Positions 7,905 to 18,651 are shown, counted from the stretch's first letter. The stretch is 64,000 nucleotides of DNA from an uncultured Verrucomicrobiae bacterium (GCA_963813025.1 CAWEXO010000013.1:640001-704000); one strand, 5' to 3'. Numbers and translations: made by a program. The notes: a model not told the origin generated them from the letters alone.

Positions 7905-10900
7905 AACCAGACTCTGGAGAACCTGTGGAGGAACCCGGCAAGGAGGTGGGATCAGGAGAGCAGGAAGCGCGTACTTGCCCGGTCTGCGGCACGAAGTTCT
8001 TCGCCACCGCCGACAGTGGATTCTGTCCAGTTTGTATCCTGCGCGGAGCTACTAGCGGGGAATCTGCCACGACCGGGGAACAGGGTTCAATATCTGGGTC
8101 GGCGGACAGCGCTGAGGAGACGGAAGGTGCGTCGCGGACTCGCCGGTTTGAGAACTATGAAGTGATGCTGGACGAGCGCGGCACGCCGATCGAGTTGGGT
8201 CGTGGGGCAATGGGCGTCACCTACAAGGCACTCGACGTCGATCTCCAGTGCTCCGTGACTTTGAAAGTCATTAGCGAGCGGTATCTGGGTGAGGAGTCAG
8301 CGCGGCTTCGTTTCTTGCGCGAGGCACGCGCCGCAGCAAAAGTGCGACATACAAATGTCGCCTCGGTCTTCCATCTGGGCAGAACCGGCGAAAATTACTT
8401 CTACGCAATGGAGTTTGTCGAGGGGGAGACCCTTGAGCATCTCATCAAGCGCTCAGGCCGGGTCAATATGAAATTGGCGCTGGAAATCGCGACGCAGGTG
8501 GCTGCCGGTTTGGCTGCGGTGCACAAGCAGCAGCTCGTTCACCGAGACATTAAACCAAGTAACATCATGGTGAGCTTGGAGGACACGGGTGCTGTGACCG
8601 CGAAAATCATCGACCTGGGCCTAGCCAAGGCGGTCAACGAGCCGGGCGCTCAAACCGCGATTTCAACACCTGGGGCTTTCGCCGGAACACCGGAGTTCGC
8701 CAGTCCTGAGCAATTCGCTGGAATCGGTGCGGACATCCGGTCAGATCTGTATTCACTCGGCGTGACACTCTGGAAGATGTTGACGGGCAAAACGCGATTC
8801 CGGGGCACACCTGGTGAGGTGATGTACCAGCATCAGCACACGCCGTTACCGCTCGAAGAACTCGAAGGTGTCCCACGACCACTCGTCGTTTTACTTGAAG
8901 TGCTTCTTGAGAAAGACCCAGGGCGGCGTTTTCAGAACCCGGTCGAACTCCTGAAGGTGATACCGACGATAACCGGCGCTATCGATGCGGGGCGTCGAAT
9001 CACTCGTCAGAGCTTGCAGACGATGTTCCCGGCCGCCTCGCCGGTCGTAGCTCGTAAGCCGCCGGCAAGATTGGGTCAGTTCGTATCCTTCATCCTTGGC
9101 CGAGCGAACGTTTCACCCTCAAATACCCAAGGCGGGAGTCCGGTGCGTGAATCGCGCTCGCCGGGATCCGTGCCAAAGAGAATTTCCGTCGCCAGATTGC
9201 CCGTTACCGGAAGCGATGTTTTTGGTCGAGAGGAGGATATCGCTTTCCTGGATGATGCATGGGCAAACCAGGATGTAAATGTCGTTTCGATCATTGCCTG
9301 GGCCGGTGTCGGGAAGTCCACTCTCGTCAACCATTGGCTTCGGCGGATGGCGGCAGATCGTTACCGGTCCGCGGAATGCGTGTTTGGCTGGTCTTTCTAC
9401 AGGCAAGGCACAAGCGGGCAATCTTCTTCCGCAGACGAATTTCTTGATGCGGCGCTCGCATGGTTTGGCGATTCAGATCCGCGGCTCGGAACGGCGTGGG
9501 AGAACGGCGAAAGATTGGCGAAGCTCATCGCACATCGGCGAACTTTACTGATTCTCGACGGCCTGGAGCCGCTCCAAAATCCGCCTGGTCCACAAGAAGG
9601 ACGACTGCGTGAACCTTCCCTTCAGGCGCTTTTGCGCGAACTCGCTGCCTTCAATAACGGGCTTTGCGTGATCACCACACGCCTGCCAGTCGCTGATCTG
9701 GCCGATCACGCAGGCACCTCGGCCCTGCGTCGTGACCTGGAGCAATTATCCAGAGATGCTGGGGCGCAGCTGCTCAGAGCGCTGAGCGTTAAGGGAGATG
9801 AGACGGAATTGCAAAGTGCCAGCGAGGAGTTCAGCGGCCATTGCCTAGCGCTAACGCTGCTTGGCAGTTATCTGGCCGATGCCTTTAATGGAGATATCTG
9901 TTTTCGCCAAGAAGTATCAGCGCGTCTTGGTCACGACGTAAGGCAGGGAGTCCATGCCCGAAAAGTCATGGAATCTTACCAGACCTGGTTTGGCGAGGGT
10001 CCGGAGCTGTCCGTTCTTCGCATCCTGGGTCTGTTTGATAGGCCCGCAGACGAACTGGCGCTTGGAGCCCTACTAAAACCACCTGCTATCCGGGGCCTTA
10101 CAGAGTCGTTAACTGATTTGAGCCCAACCGAGTGGCGAACGATTCTTGGCAAGTTAAGAAGGGCTAGACTCCTGGCCGGGGAAGATCCGCACAATCCTAG
10201 CTATCTGGATGCCCATCCTCTCGTTCGTGAATTCTTTGGAGAACAGCTTCGGAATCAACGAAGCGAAGCCTGGAAGGAATGCAACAAGCGGCTCTATGAA
10301 TATTATCGAGCAATTGCGCCCCAGCTCCCAAGTCATTTCAGGGAAATGGAGCCACTTCTCTTAGCCGTTATCTGCGGCTGCAATGCAGGTTTGTTTCGCA
10401 AAGCGCTGCATGAAGTTTACATTCCCCGAATTCAGCGAGGAGATTCCTCCTTTGCAGCTAAGGTCCTGGGAGCCAGGGGAGCGCTGCTCTTGGTTTTAGC
10501 TCACTTTTTCGAACACGGACGCTGGGGTTCACCCGTTGAAACGGGCGTCGAGGAGCACAGTCTCACTGCAGAAGATCAGCTCTTCATTCTCACGCAGGCG
10601 GGATCATATCTAATGGCCACGCGAGGATATACAGCACCGGAGGCCCGACTTTGTTACGAGCGCGCGGAGTCTTTGTGTAATTCGCTCAATCGTCCCCTGC
10701 TCTTGTATGCGGCACTGATGGGTCAGTGGCGTCATTCCAACACCATCGGCAAGCTGTCCGAAGCGTTACAAATTGCCAAACGCCTTTACTCGCTTGCGCA
10801 GGAGCATAATGAATCTGCGCTCGTGATAGGAGCCTGTCATGCTCTGGCATGCACGCTCTACTTTTTGGGCGAATTCGAGAGCGCGCGAGAATACGCGATG

Positions 10901-11656
10901 CGCGCTATTCAGATCTGGCGCTCGGAGGGCGTACAGTCTTCGGTCGAAGAGGTAGACGTACCTGTCACCAGTACTCTGTGTTATGCGGCAATGTCCGAAT
11001 GGCATTTAGGAGAGATCGCCTCTAGCAAGGCAAACATAGCGGAAGCGATCTCACTAGCGAAGGGACTCAATGATATGCACGGACTGGCCGTGGACCTGAT
11101 GTGGGCAACGGTTCTCAGCTATTGCGAGCGTAATCCTGCTGAGGTGGAACGCTGCGGGTCGGATTTGATTGACCTGTCAACGCGTCACCATTTTGCGCAT
11201 TATATAGCCGCCGGAACCGTTTATCGCGGTTGGGCGCGTAGCGCTCTGGGTGACCCAGCTGGAGGCATTTCATGGATCGAGCACGGGATAAAAGACTTTC
11301 GGGCAATTGGCGCGATTACGGGATTGGCATCTCATCTAAGGCTAAAGGCTGAAGCTTTGTACCTAGCGGATCGTACCTCTGAAGCTCTGGAGGCAATAAG
11401 CCAAGCGGAAGCAATAATCGAAAGAACTGGAGAATGCTATTGGCGCGCCGAACACCACCGGCTCCGCGGTGTGCTTCTCGCAGCAATTGGTGCTGAGGAG
11501 ACCCAAATTGAGGCTTCGTTTTGCGAAGCCATCAGAATCGCACAGGAGCAGAAGTCAATTTCACTGGCGACACGCGCAGAAGCAACCTACGCAGAATATC
11601 GCAGGCAAAAAGCGAGCGCGTCAGGAGGACGTGGATTCCGACTACCTCTTTGCTAA
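7901..11656 (+). CDS. Zn-ribbon / Ser-Thr protein kinase / STAND (NB-ARC-like) NTPase / TPR-like helical sensor protein
   Basis: CPVC...CPVC; kinase GRGAMGVTY, LKVI, HRDIKPSN, DLG, GTPEFASPEQ; Walker A AGVGKST, Walker B LLILDGLE, ITTR, GHCLAL, HPLVR; helical C-terminus. No obvious transmembrane segment. Confidence 0.9.
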   Translation: MKPDSGEPVEEPGKEVGSGEQEARTCPVCGTKFFATADSGFCPVCILRGATSGESATTGEQGSISGSADSAEETEGASRTRRFENYEVMLDERGTPIELGRGAMGVTYKALDVDLQCSVTLKVISERYLGEESARLRFLREARAAAKVRHTNVASVFHLGRTGENYFYAMEFVEGETLEHLIKRSGRVNMKLALEIATQVAAGLAAVHKQQLVHRDIKPSNIMVSLEDTGAVTAKIIDLGLAKAVNEPGAQTAISTPGAFAGTPEFASPEQFAGIGADIRSDLYSLGVTLWKMLTGKTRFRGTPGEVMYQHQHTPLPLEELEGVPRPLVVLLEVLLEKDPGRRFQNPVELLKVIPTITGAIDAGRRITRQSLQTMFPAASPVVARKPPARLGQFVSFILGRANVSPSNTQGGSPVRESRSPGSVPKRISVARLPVTGSDVFGREEDIAFLDDAWANQDVNVVSIIAWAGVGKSTLVNHWLRRMAADRYRSAECVFGWSFYRQGTSGQSSSADEFLDAALAWFGDSDPRLGTAWENGERLAKLIAHRRTLLILDGLEPLQNPPGPQEGRLREPSLQALLRELAAFNNGLCVITTRLPVADLADHAGTSALRRDLEQLSRDAGAQLLRALSVKGDETELQSASEEFSGHCLALTLLGSYLADAFNGDICFRQEVSARLGHDVRQGVHARKVMESYQTWFGEGPELSVLRILGLFDRPADELALGALLKPPAIRGLTESLTDLSPTEWRTILGKLRRARLLAGEDPHNPSYLDAHPLVREFFGEQLRNQRSEAWKECNKRLYEYYRAIAPQLPSHFREMEPLLLAVICGCNAGLFRKALHEVYIPRIQRGDSSFAAKVLGARGALLLVLAHFFEHGRWGSPVETGVEEHSLTAEDQLFILTQAGSYLMATRGYTAPEARLCYERAESLCNSLNRPLLLYAALMGQWRHSNTIGKLSEALQIAKRLYSLAQEHNESALVIGACHALACTLYFLGEFESAREYAMRAIQIWRSEGVQSSVEEVDVPVTSTLCYAAMSEWHLGEIASSKANIAEAISLAKGLNDMHGLAVDLMWATVLSYCERNPAEVERCGSDLIDLSTRHHFAHYIAAGTVYRGWARSALGDPAGGISWIEHGIKDFRAIGAITGLASHLRLKAEALYLADRTSEALEAISQAEAIIERTGECYWRAEHHRLRGVLLAAIGAEETQIEASFCEAIRIAQEQKSISLATRAEATYAEYRRQKASASGGRGFRLPLC

Positions 11657-11767
11657 CTTCTTAACATTCTGCCCTTTCGTTCAACGGACAAAGCGAACGT
11701 AAACCGGCGGGCCGGACCTATTCGCGAGAGGCTGTTTCGCTAGCCATTTTGGAGATACACTACTGCA

Positions 11768-12419
11768 GTGGGCACTCGCTTACACAACTATAACGAGGTC
11801 CGGACCTACCTGGAAAGAGAGCATCCAGATTGGCTCCGCGCCTTGATGCCCCGGCACATCAACGCGCCTGCGGACTACTGGCCGCAGAAAGTGCTGGCAG
11901 TCTCATCGGCGAACGCCGCGATGCAGAACTACGTCAGCATCCACGAACACCAGACCAGGCCTAATCCGGCGCTCGCAGCGGTCCATGGCCAGGCGGCGCT
12001 GCTCCTGCGCTACGAGGTGCCGCACCTACTACGTTTCCCGGGAACTCTTGGCTACCGCGCTTCGGCCAGAGCTTCCCGATGACATTTTCTTTGAGGCGAT
12101 TCCGTTTCCGTTCGATGCCTTGGTCTTCATGCTGCCGAAAGGAACAGTGCGTCACCCAATCGAAGGCGATTGGCCGTTCTTTGTCCTCTCGCGAACCAGC
12201 AAAGGGCGGACTTTTTTCCTTCCAATTCCCGAACTGCATTTCAGCGTCACGGCTGAACAGGACGCCGTTCTCGTGACGACGCATATGCCGGAGGCTCCGC
12301 TGAACGTTACCTATTTTAAGAGTGTTCCGCTCATTCGCGGAGCGAGCATTAAGCAGGCGTTCCAGTGTTTGAGGCAAGGCAGGCTGCGCTCGAAAGTGCG
12401 CCCTCCATACCGCAGATGA
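11768..12419 (+). pseudogene. Hypothetical protein, frameshifted near 12023
   Basis: ORFs 11768-12082 and 11985-12419 read as one protein (LLRYEVP/TYYVSRELL). A paralogous fragment lies at 18738-18876. Confidence 0.55.
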
Positions 12420-12435
12420 GGTTCACTTTCGGCTC

Positions 12436-13044
12436 TCACCTGAACCGTGCAGAGACTTGCGGAATGGGTGGCTTCAAAGCTCTTAATACGTTGGGGTCAA
12501 CCAGTCCGGTCGCAGGTAACCCTTGGGCCTCCTGGAACCCGCGAATCGCTTGGCGACTATCGGAGCCGATCGCTCCGTCAATCGGACCCCGGTAGTAACC
12601 GCGCCGGGCAAGCTCGGACTGTACTTTCATGGCCAAATCTTGCCAAAATCGGTAATCATAACTCGCATAAGCGTAGGGGTACCCCCAATCGTAGGGGTAC
12701 CACCAATAAGGGAGAGCAAAGCCAGCAAAATCGAAACCGGTGGAGAATCGGGGCTGATGGCGAAAGAAATGGTTTTCATGAGCGAAGCGCCTGTCGCCGG
12801 TCTCTTGCGAAAATCGGTGTCCCAAAAAAGCTTGATGTCCACCTTTCGCCTGTCCGGTGGCGGCTCCATGCCCGGCGCCCGTTCCATGTCCGCCTGCTGT
12901 TCCAGACCCGCTTCCGGCTCCATGCCCACCTCCGGTTCCGGACCCGCCTCCTGCTCCGTGACCAGCTACGGATTGCGTGGTGAACGTTATTGCGGCTGCG
13001 AGGGCCGCCGCAAAAAGCCAACGAAACACATGGAACTTCTTCAT
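12436..13044 (-). CDS. Secreted Gly/His-rich protein with C-terminal peptidoglycan-binding domain
   Basis: Signal peptide; GHGAG repeats; Y/W/P-rich linker; VQSELARRGYYRGPIDG.IG..SRQAIRGFQEAQGLPATG.VD (PG_binding_1 pattern). Confidence 0.85.
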   Translation of the reverse strand: MKKFHVFRWLFAAALAAAITFTTQSVAGHGAGGGSGTGGGHGAGSGSGTAGGHGTGAGHGAATGQAKGGHQAFLGHRFSQETGDRRFAHENHFFRHQPRFSTGFDFAGFALPYWWYPYDWGYPYAYASYDYRFWQDLAMKVQSELARRGYYRGPIDGAIGSDSRQAIRGFQEAQGLPATGLVDPNVLRALKPPIPQVSARFR

Positions 13045-13153
13045 ATGCTATGGCTTAGTTAAAAAGCAAAGGCTGCTTTCCTGATTTTTCAACCATAGAG
13101 TTTATCGGCGATTGGACCGGCCGAAGACCGTGGTCAGATTGAGCCTGGCTTGC

Positions 13154-13521
13154 GGTTACACGCTCCCCGAAGGCAGCAGCAAATATTTCGGGTCGCTGCT
13201 GGTCGGCTACTACGACTCAAGCGGATTGGTTTTCGCCGGTAGAGTCGGCACCGGCTTCTCCGAAAGCGCTTTGGCAGCGCTGTACGGCGGCCTGCAAAAA
13301 ATCAGACGCGAGACTTGTCCTTTTGTAGACCTGCCGGAGAAAACGCGAGGTCTATGACGTCAGACTATCATCCCTGCAGACATGAGCGCTGTAGTTCGGT
13401 CGAGCCGGTGCTGGTCGCCCAGGTTAAGTTTACCGAGTGGACGCTCGACGATCAGCTCCGTCAGCCCATCTTCCTCGGGCTGCGAACCGACAAAGAGGCA
13501 AAGTATGCTGTTCGTGAATAG
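13154..13521 (+). pseudogene. ligD: LigD-type ATP-dependent DNA ligase, C-terminal OB fragment
   Basis: GYT.PEGS.KYFGSLLVGYY...FAGRVGTGFS...CPF...VEPVLVAQVKFTEWT.D.QLRQPIFLGLRTDK...VRE*. Contains a stop and a frameshift. Confidence 0.88.
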
Positions 13522-13839
13522 ATAGACATTGCAGAAGCTGCAATTATTTGCCCTGAGCCAGGAAGCGGGAGCAGGCGGTTAGCTAGCGATCACAGATACC
13601 TGCGGATTTGTGACTTGTGCATGGAACTGGCGTTTGGTGCTCAATGCGCAAGCAAGTAAAGTCGCAATTCATACAACTTGGTGGAATTCAATGTGTTGTA
13701 CCGCCAGTTCCTGGGGAGCGACAAGGGCAGCCTTCTGGTAAGCTCCAGAAGGTTTCAGACGAGTTTGAGATTGAAATCGCTGAGACGTATCGCGCGATCC
13801 CGACCTTCCAGAGCTACGATGAAGGAAAGGCGCAATGGC

Positions 13840-14829
13840 TCAACGCTCGGCTTTCGAAGGGACAGCTGCCGAACCGACTGGCTGTGGCTTTAGCAGCATG
13901 ACCAACAGTACGCCAGCCAAGATGAAGCCAGCGCCAATCACATGATAAAGGTGCAGGCGCTCGCCGAGGAAAATATACGCCAGGACAGCAATAAATACCG
14001 TCTGCGAATAAAGTAACATTCCTGCTCTTGACGCGCCGAGCTTTTCCACGCTCCAGTTAAACAGGTAGTACATCAGAGCTCCTCCGGGAACAGCCAGGTA
14101 GGCCAGTCCCAATAGCCCGGCAGGCCTGAGCGCGGATCGTTCGTCGTGCAGTATCTCCCAAGTGTAGAATGGTAAAGTGGTAATCGCCGCGGCAGCGAGC
14201 AATACAACCAGCAGCGGCAAGCGTTCAAGAGCAAAGTTTGCCCGCCGGAGCAACACCGTGTAGAGCGCGAGACACGATGCTCCAGCAACGATAAAGAGGT
14301 CGCCGGCATTAAAGTCAAAACGGAGAAGGGCGGAAAGGTCACCCCGTACGATGATAATCCCCATTCCGACACAGGCGACGACCGAGCCAATGGCCTGCCA
14401 GGGGCCCACTACCTCCCTGAGGAAGAATCGGGCCAGGACCATTGTAAAGACTGGCATGAGCGCGAGGATAAGACCAGCGTTGATCGCGGTAGTGTAATTA
14501 AGCCCGATGAACATCAAGCCTGGGGTGATGGCGAGTCCGAGGCCGCCAATCACCAGGAGCTCCGGCCAGCGTTTCTTTAAGGTCGCTGCGACGGCCTTCA
14601 CCTGGGAATGCGTAGCCGGAAGCAAAATCAGTGCGGCGATGGTCACGCGCCAGAAGCAAAGCGCCCAGGGTGGCATCTCGGCTGCCGTGGATTTTACTGC
14701 GATGTAGACGCCGGCCGATAGCAACCAACAGAGGATTCCAGCCCCGTAAGCTCCCGCAGATGGCGATGCTTGCCGCGCTTGACCGACTTCCCTCCTCCCT
14801 GCGGCGATAGACCAGAATTGAAGCGCCAT
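13840..14829 (-). CDS. DMT/EamA family transporter
   Basis: About 10 hydrophobic segments; GLNYTTAINAGLI, GDL, LGERL motifs. Confidence 0.9.
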   Translation of the reverse strand: MALQFWSIAAGRREVGQARQASPSAGAYGAGILCWLLSAGVYIAVKSTAAEMPPWALCFWRVTIAALILLPATHSQVKAVAATLKKRWPELLVIGGLGLAITPGLMFIGLNYTTAINAGLILALMPVFTMVLARFFLREVVGPWQAIGSVVACVGMGIIIVRGDLSALLRFDFNAGDLFIVAGASCLALYTVLLRRANFALERLPLLVVLLAAAAITTLPFYTWEILHDERSALRPAGLLGLAYLAVPGGALMYYLFNWSVEKLGASRAGMLLYSQTVFIAVLAYIFLGERLHLYHVIGAGFILAGVLLVMLLKPQPVGSAAVPSKAER

Positions 14830-14902
14830 ATAGTTTTTTTTCAGTGCACCTTAGATATTCCAACAAAGGTAGGTAAAACGCCACGGTATTTGGCCTCACG
14901 CC

Positions 14903-15407
14903 TGCTGGAATTAGAGCCTGGGGGTCAGCAGCATCGAAGTAGAGGCCGAGAGTCAACGAGACCAGTTGCAACTGCCGGTTAAAGCGGCGCTCAAGCATCC
15001 GGGCCGGCAGGAACTACCAGCGGATCTGCCGAGGAAAGAGCAGATTATTGCTTGCACACCCCAACAATGCGTCTGCGGCAAGTGTGGCAAACAGACTGAT
15101 TGCATCGGCTACGAGAGTTCTGAACAACTCGATGTCGAACCGGCTCGATACTTCACGCGGGTGTTCAAACGCGCAAGCGAGCCTGTACGGACTGTGAGGA
15201 GCAAGGAGTGCGGTGCGCGCCGCTGCCGCCCCGGGTTATCGAGAAAGCGAGAAAGGGCTGGCCAGTGATCGGGTGGTAGTCGATACGGTAGTCAGCAAAT
15301 ATGTTGACCACCAACCGCTCTATCGCCAAAGTGCCATGCTGGAGCGCGAAACCGGTATCCAGCTCTGCCGAGCGACTCTGGATGGCTGGGTGATGGGGGG
15401 TAGGTGA
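14903..15407 (+). pseudogene. tnpC: IS66 transposase TnpC internal fragment
   Basis: HPGRQELPADLPR, C.CGKCG...IGYESSEQLDVEPA zinc finger, KYVDHQPLYRQ...LCRATL.GWV. Frameshifted, with no termini. Confidence 0.88.
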
Positions 15408-15461
15408 ATTGCAACGCCGAGATCGCCGTAGCAACAGTCAAAGCAGAGCTTCGTCCACGAA

Positions 15462-15518
15462 AGGGAGCTTTTCGACGGGCAGCGCCTGCATCGGGTCGAT
15501 AAAGGAACTCGGCTTCAT
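15462..15518 (-). pseudogene. N-terminal stub of a LigD-type ligase
   Basis: MKPSSFIDPMQALPVEKLP resembles FIEPMKALRVRELP of the ligase at 21052. Only 19 codons long. Confidence 0.55.
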
Positions 15519-15786
15519 GTTTTGCCCAGAGCGCCGATTCCGAATCCGACGCGCAGGTCGCCGCCGGTCACGACGGCTCTTTTCTGTGCGAAGGAGGAGG
15601 GTTCATTGAGTGCGCCAGGAGAATGGTGGACTTTCCCCGGCGCGGCAACCCCGATGTCTATTGCGGCAATCGCAGGAACCGCCGCAATCCAATTTGCTTG
15701 ACCTCCTCCGGGCCGTCGGCTTCCATCGCGTGTGCCGCGGCGTGAAGCCCGCGGGAACCGTTCAACGCTCGAATTTCAACGCACGC

Positions 15787-16371
15787 ATGTTCTCATTTGA
15801 TTCGTTGGGACACATCAATGTCGTCGTGCCTGATCTCAAAGAGGCGACACGCTTTTATCAAACGCTCTTCAATGCGAGTGTCGAGCAAACCTTTCCGCAC
15901 TTCAAGAATGTGGGATTCGCGCGGTCGGCCGGTTTTTTGGAGGACCCCGAATCCGTCGATGTGAGTATTCGTTTCCTGAAGATTCCGTTTGGCCGATCGG
16001 AAGATTTGTTTATGGAACTGTTCACGTTTCACAGTCCGGCCGGCGGGCAGGAGATTAAGCCCAGCAAGACGAACGACGTCGGCGGGCCGAGGCACGTTTG
16101 CCTCCGGGTCAGAAACATCGACGAGTGTTCGCGCATGTGAAGTCCCTCGATGGCGGTGCACTTGATCAACAATTCGCCCAAGTACGAACCGTATTTCATC
16201 AGCCCGATCAAGCCGGGCGCCATCGAACTTCCTGGCGCGGACCGCAACTCGGCGGGCGCCAGGGAAGCGATTTGCGAAATCGTCAAAGGGATCCGTTTTT
16301 TTTATGCCATTGACCGCTACGGCATCCAGTGGGAGTTCGAGGAAGGACGCTCAGACATTGGCACCACATGA
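15787..16371 (+). CDS. VOC/glyoxalase family protein, frameshifted near 16130-16155
   Basis: GHINVVVPDL..A..FY, MELF.F, GPRHVCLRV.NID, D.YGIQWEFEE metal-ligand motifs across two ORFs. Confidence 0.8.
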
Positions 16372-17202
16372 AGGCCGTCCGCGAACTCCGCCGCGTCCAG
16401 CGCGTTCAATGAAAGCACCCATTCGTCGACATTTCCCGAGACCTGTTCTGCCTGACCGGATATTGCAGCATTGTGACCGGCGCGAGTGTGGGAATCGGCC
16501 TCAACATCGCCGAAGCACTTGCCTACAGGGGGTCGGATCTCGTTCTGGTGAGCCGGAATGCGGAACGCCTCGAGGAGGCGGCCGGAAAGGTGCGGGCGAT
16601 CGGCCGCCGGGCCGTCGCGGTAGCGGCCGATGTGGCGGACGACGACGCCCCAGAGCGGATCGTCGAGGCGGCGCTGGGATTGGGTGGCCGCATCGACGTC
16701 CTGGTGAACAATACGGGGTTTATGACGTTTGCCGATCCCTTCAACATCAACGACGAGACGTGGGATGAGATTTTCAACGTGAATGTCGCGCACCGATGCG
16801 GATCACGCGGGCCGTGCTTGCCGAGATGGTCAAGCCGTGCCGGGGCAGCATCATCAACATCGGAAGCTCCTGGTCGACACGGGCGTCCGTTTTCAACCAG
16901 GACGGAGGCGGAGTGGACTATTGCTCGTCGAAGGCCGCCCTGCATGCGCTGACGCGAGCGACGCTCAGGACGTGGCTCCGAAAAAAATTCGCGTGAACAC
17001 CATCGCTCCGGGCGCCGTGGATACCCCAATGCATGCCGACCACCGTGCGCTCCTTTTCGAGTTCGAGAAATACATCCCGCTCGGCAGGATCCAGGTAGCG
17101 GAGGACCTCGCTGGGGCCGTGATCTTTCTCGCCTCGGATGCCAGTGCCTACATCACCGGCCAGACCCTCCATGTCAATGGGGGTCTGCTTATGGTGGATT
17201 AG
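16368..17202 (+). CDS. Short-chain dehydrogenase/reductase, several frameshifts; start uncertain
   Basis: TGASVGIG, IDVLVNN, IINIGS, YCSSK, IRVNTIAPG, YITGQTLHVNGG spread over three frames. Confidence 0.85.
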
Positions 17203-17228
17203 GAAAGAATTTGCCAGGAAGAATCGGA

Positions 17229-17247
17229 CACAGGCACAATGCCTGTG
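17229..17247. repeat. Short REP-like palindrome downstream of the SDR gene
   Basis: CACAGGCA-CAA-TGCCTGTG. Confidence 0.45.
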
Positions 17248-17534
17248 CTGCCTGTCTGTTCCGGGCGCTCGTGCTCCTTTGGCGAAACTCCAAAGTTTTT
17301 CAGTGTTTGCTTTCAGTGTTCAGTGGCGCGCGCCGATGACGGGAGCGGAGATTGCGGGATATTCTGCTCCCTATGGCATATTAACAGTTTCAGGAAGGAG
17401 TGCTGCTCTAGTGAAACCATGCGTCCTCAACTGATCTTCCGTAAGGCCAGCGTCACTGACGGCGCAGGCTCTCGGGCCTTTGGTACGACAGGTTCTCAGC
17501 GCGGCCATGTTTCTGCGCAGTTCCGATGAGATAA

Positions 17535-18272
17535 ATGAAGACCCAATTCTGCATCATCGGAGCTACGCGCGGTACAGGCTTACTGATCACTCAGCAATTA
17601 TTGGAAGGCGGATCAAGTGTCCGGGTCGTCGCGCGCGATCCCGATAAGGCCAGCCGGCTCCTAGGTAATCGAGCGGATGTACGCCAGGGTGACGTGACTA
17701 ATGCTCGGTCGATTCGAGACGCTCTAGCCGAAGACTACCGGGCGATATTTTTCACTGTTGCTGCTACAGGTGGAATCGACGGGCGCGGCGCGTTCGGATC
17801 AAGGACCATGATCCGCAAGGTAACATACCAAGGGCTGCTGAACGTGGTTGATGCAGCGCGTTCAAGCGGTTTCGAAGGACGCATTATGCTCTCGTCGGTT
17901 GTGGGCGCAGACCGATCCTCGGTCGTGATTAGCATGCTTGATAAGATCAAATCGGGTCTGCAGCGGAACATAGTTGAAAGAGAACTCTATCTGCGAGCAA
18001 GTGGACTAGACTATACTATCGTGCGCGCGCCGATCCTCACAAACGCGCCGGCTGGCGGAGCTGATATCCGCATTGCTAGAGCAATTAACAAGTTAACAGC
18101 TGGACCAAAGATCTCGCGTGGCGATCTTGCTCGCGTATTGATCCTGGCGTCTCAACAGACCGTAGCCTCGCGTAAGACTTTTGACTTGTTTGCCGTCAAA
18201 GGCGTCGCCCCTTCCGATGAGCAGCTGCTTAAGCAGCTCGAAGAGGTACCGGCAGATACTGAACCGCGATAA
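17535..18272 (+). CDS. Atypical SDR, NAD(P)H-binding protein (NAD_binding_10-like)
   Basis: IIGATRGTG, LRASGLDYTIVR, ISRGDLA. Confidence 0.85.
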   Translation: MKTQFCIIGATRGTGLLITQQLLEGGSSVRVVARDPDKASRLLGNRADVRQGDVTNARSIRDALAEDYRAIFFTVAATGGIDGRGAFGSRTMIRKVTYQGLLNVVDAARSSGFEGRIMLSSVVGADRSSVVISMLDKIKSGLQRNIVERELYLRASGLDYTIVRAPILTNAPAGGADIRIARAINKLTAGPKISRGDLARVLILASQQTVASRKTFDLFAVKGVAPSDEQLLKQLEEVPADTEPR

Positions 18273-18385
18273 AGCAGCGAAATATCTCGGTAATCAGGTT
18301 GCACAAGACCCCGCCAAAAGTACTACGCTGCTGCAGGGTTTTGAGCAGCGGCCTGGCTACAAATGCTGTCCAAATCTGGATCCAA

Positions 18386-18651
18386 CTTCTCCGAAAAAGC
18401 TTTAGCGACGCTGTACGGTGGCATGCAGAAGATCAAACGCGCGACTTGTCCTTTTGTAAACCTGCCAGAGAAAGACTAGGCGGTAGGGCCAAGGCATTAC
18501 CTCTGCAATCGTGAGGCGATGCCAGTGGGTCGGGCCGGTGCTGATCGCCCAGGTCAAGTTCACCCGTCAGACCAGTGACGGCCAGCTACGTCAACCCGTG
18601 TTCCTCGGCCTGCGGACCGACAAAAAGGCGAAGGATGTCGTTCGCGAATAG
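18386..18651 (+). pseudogene. ligD: Second LigD C-terminal fragment
   Basis: Nucleotide similarity to 13255-13521 is visible by eye. Encodes FSEKALATLYGGMQKIKRATCPFVNLPEK...PVLIAQVKFT...GQLRQPVFLGLRTDKKAKDVVRE*. Confidence 0.88.

Noticed and set aside
12860..12965. Short tandem repeats
   Set aside because: They encode the Gly/His-rich linker of the PG-binding protein; low-complexity coding sequence.
13617..13901. Small plus-strand ORFs overlapping the EamA 3' end
   Set aside because: No recognisable motif; could be a remnant but cannot be supported.
14903..15407. This tnpC fragment as the displaced tnpC of the element at 1709-3722
   Set aside because: Opposite strand, 11 kb away, no shared junction or IR; a common origin cannot be shown from the sequence.
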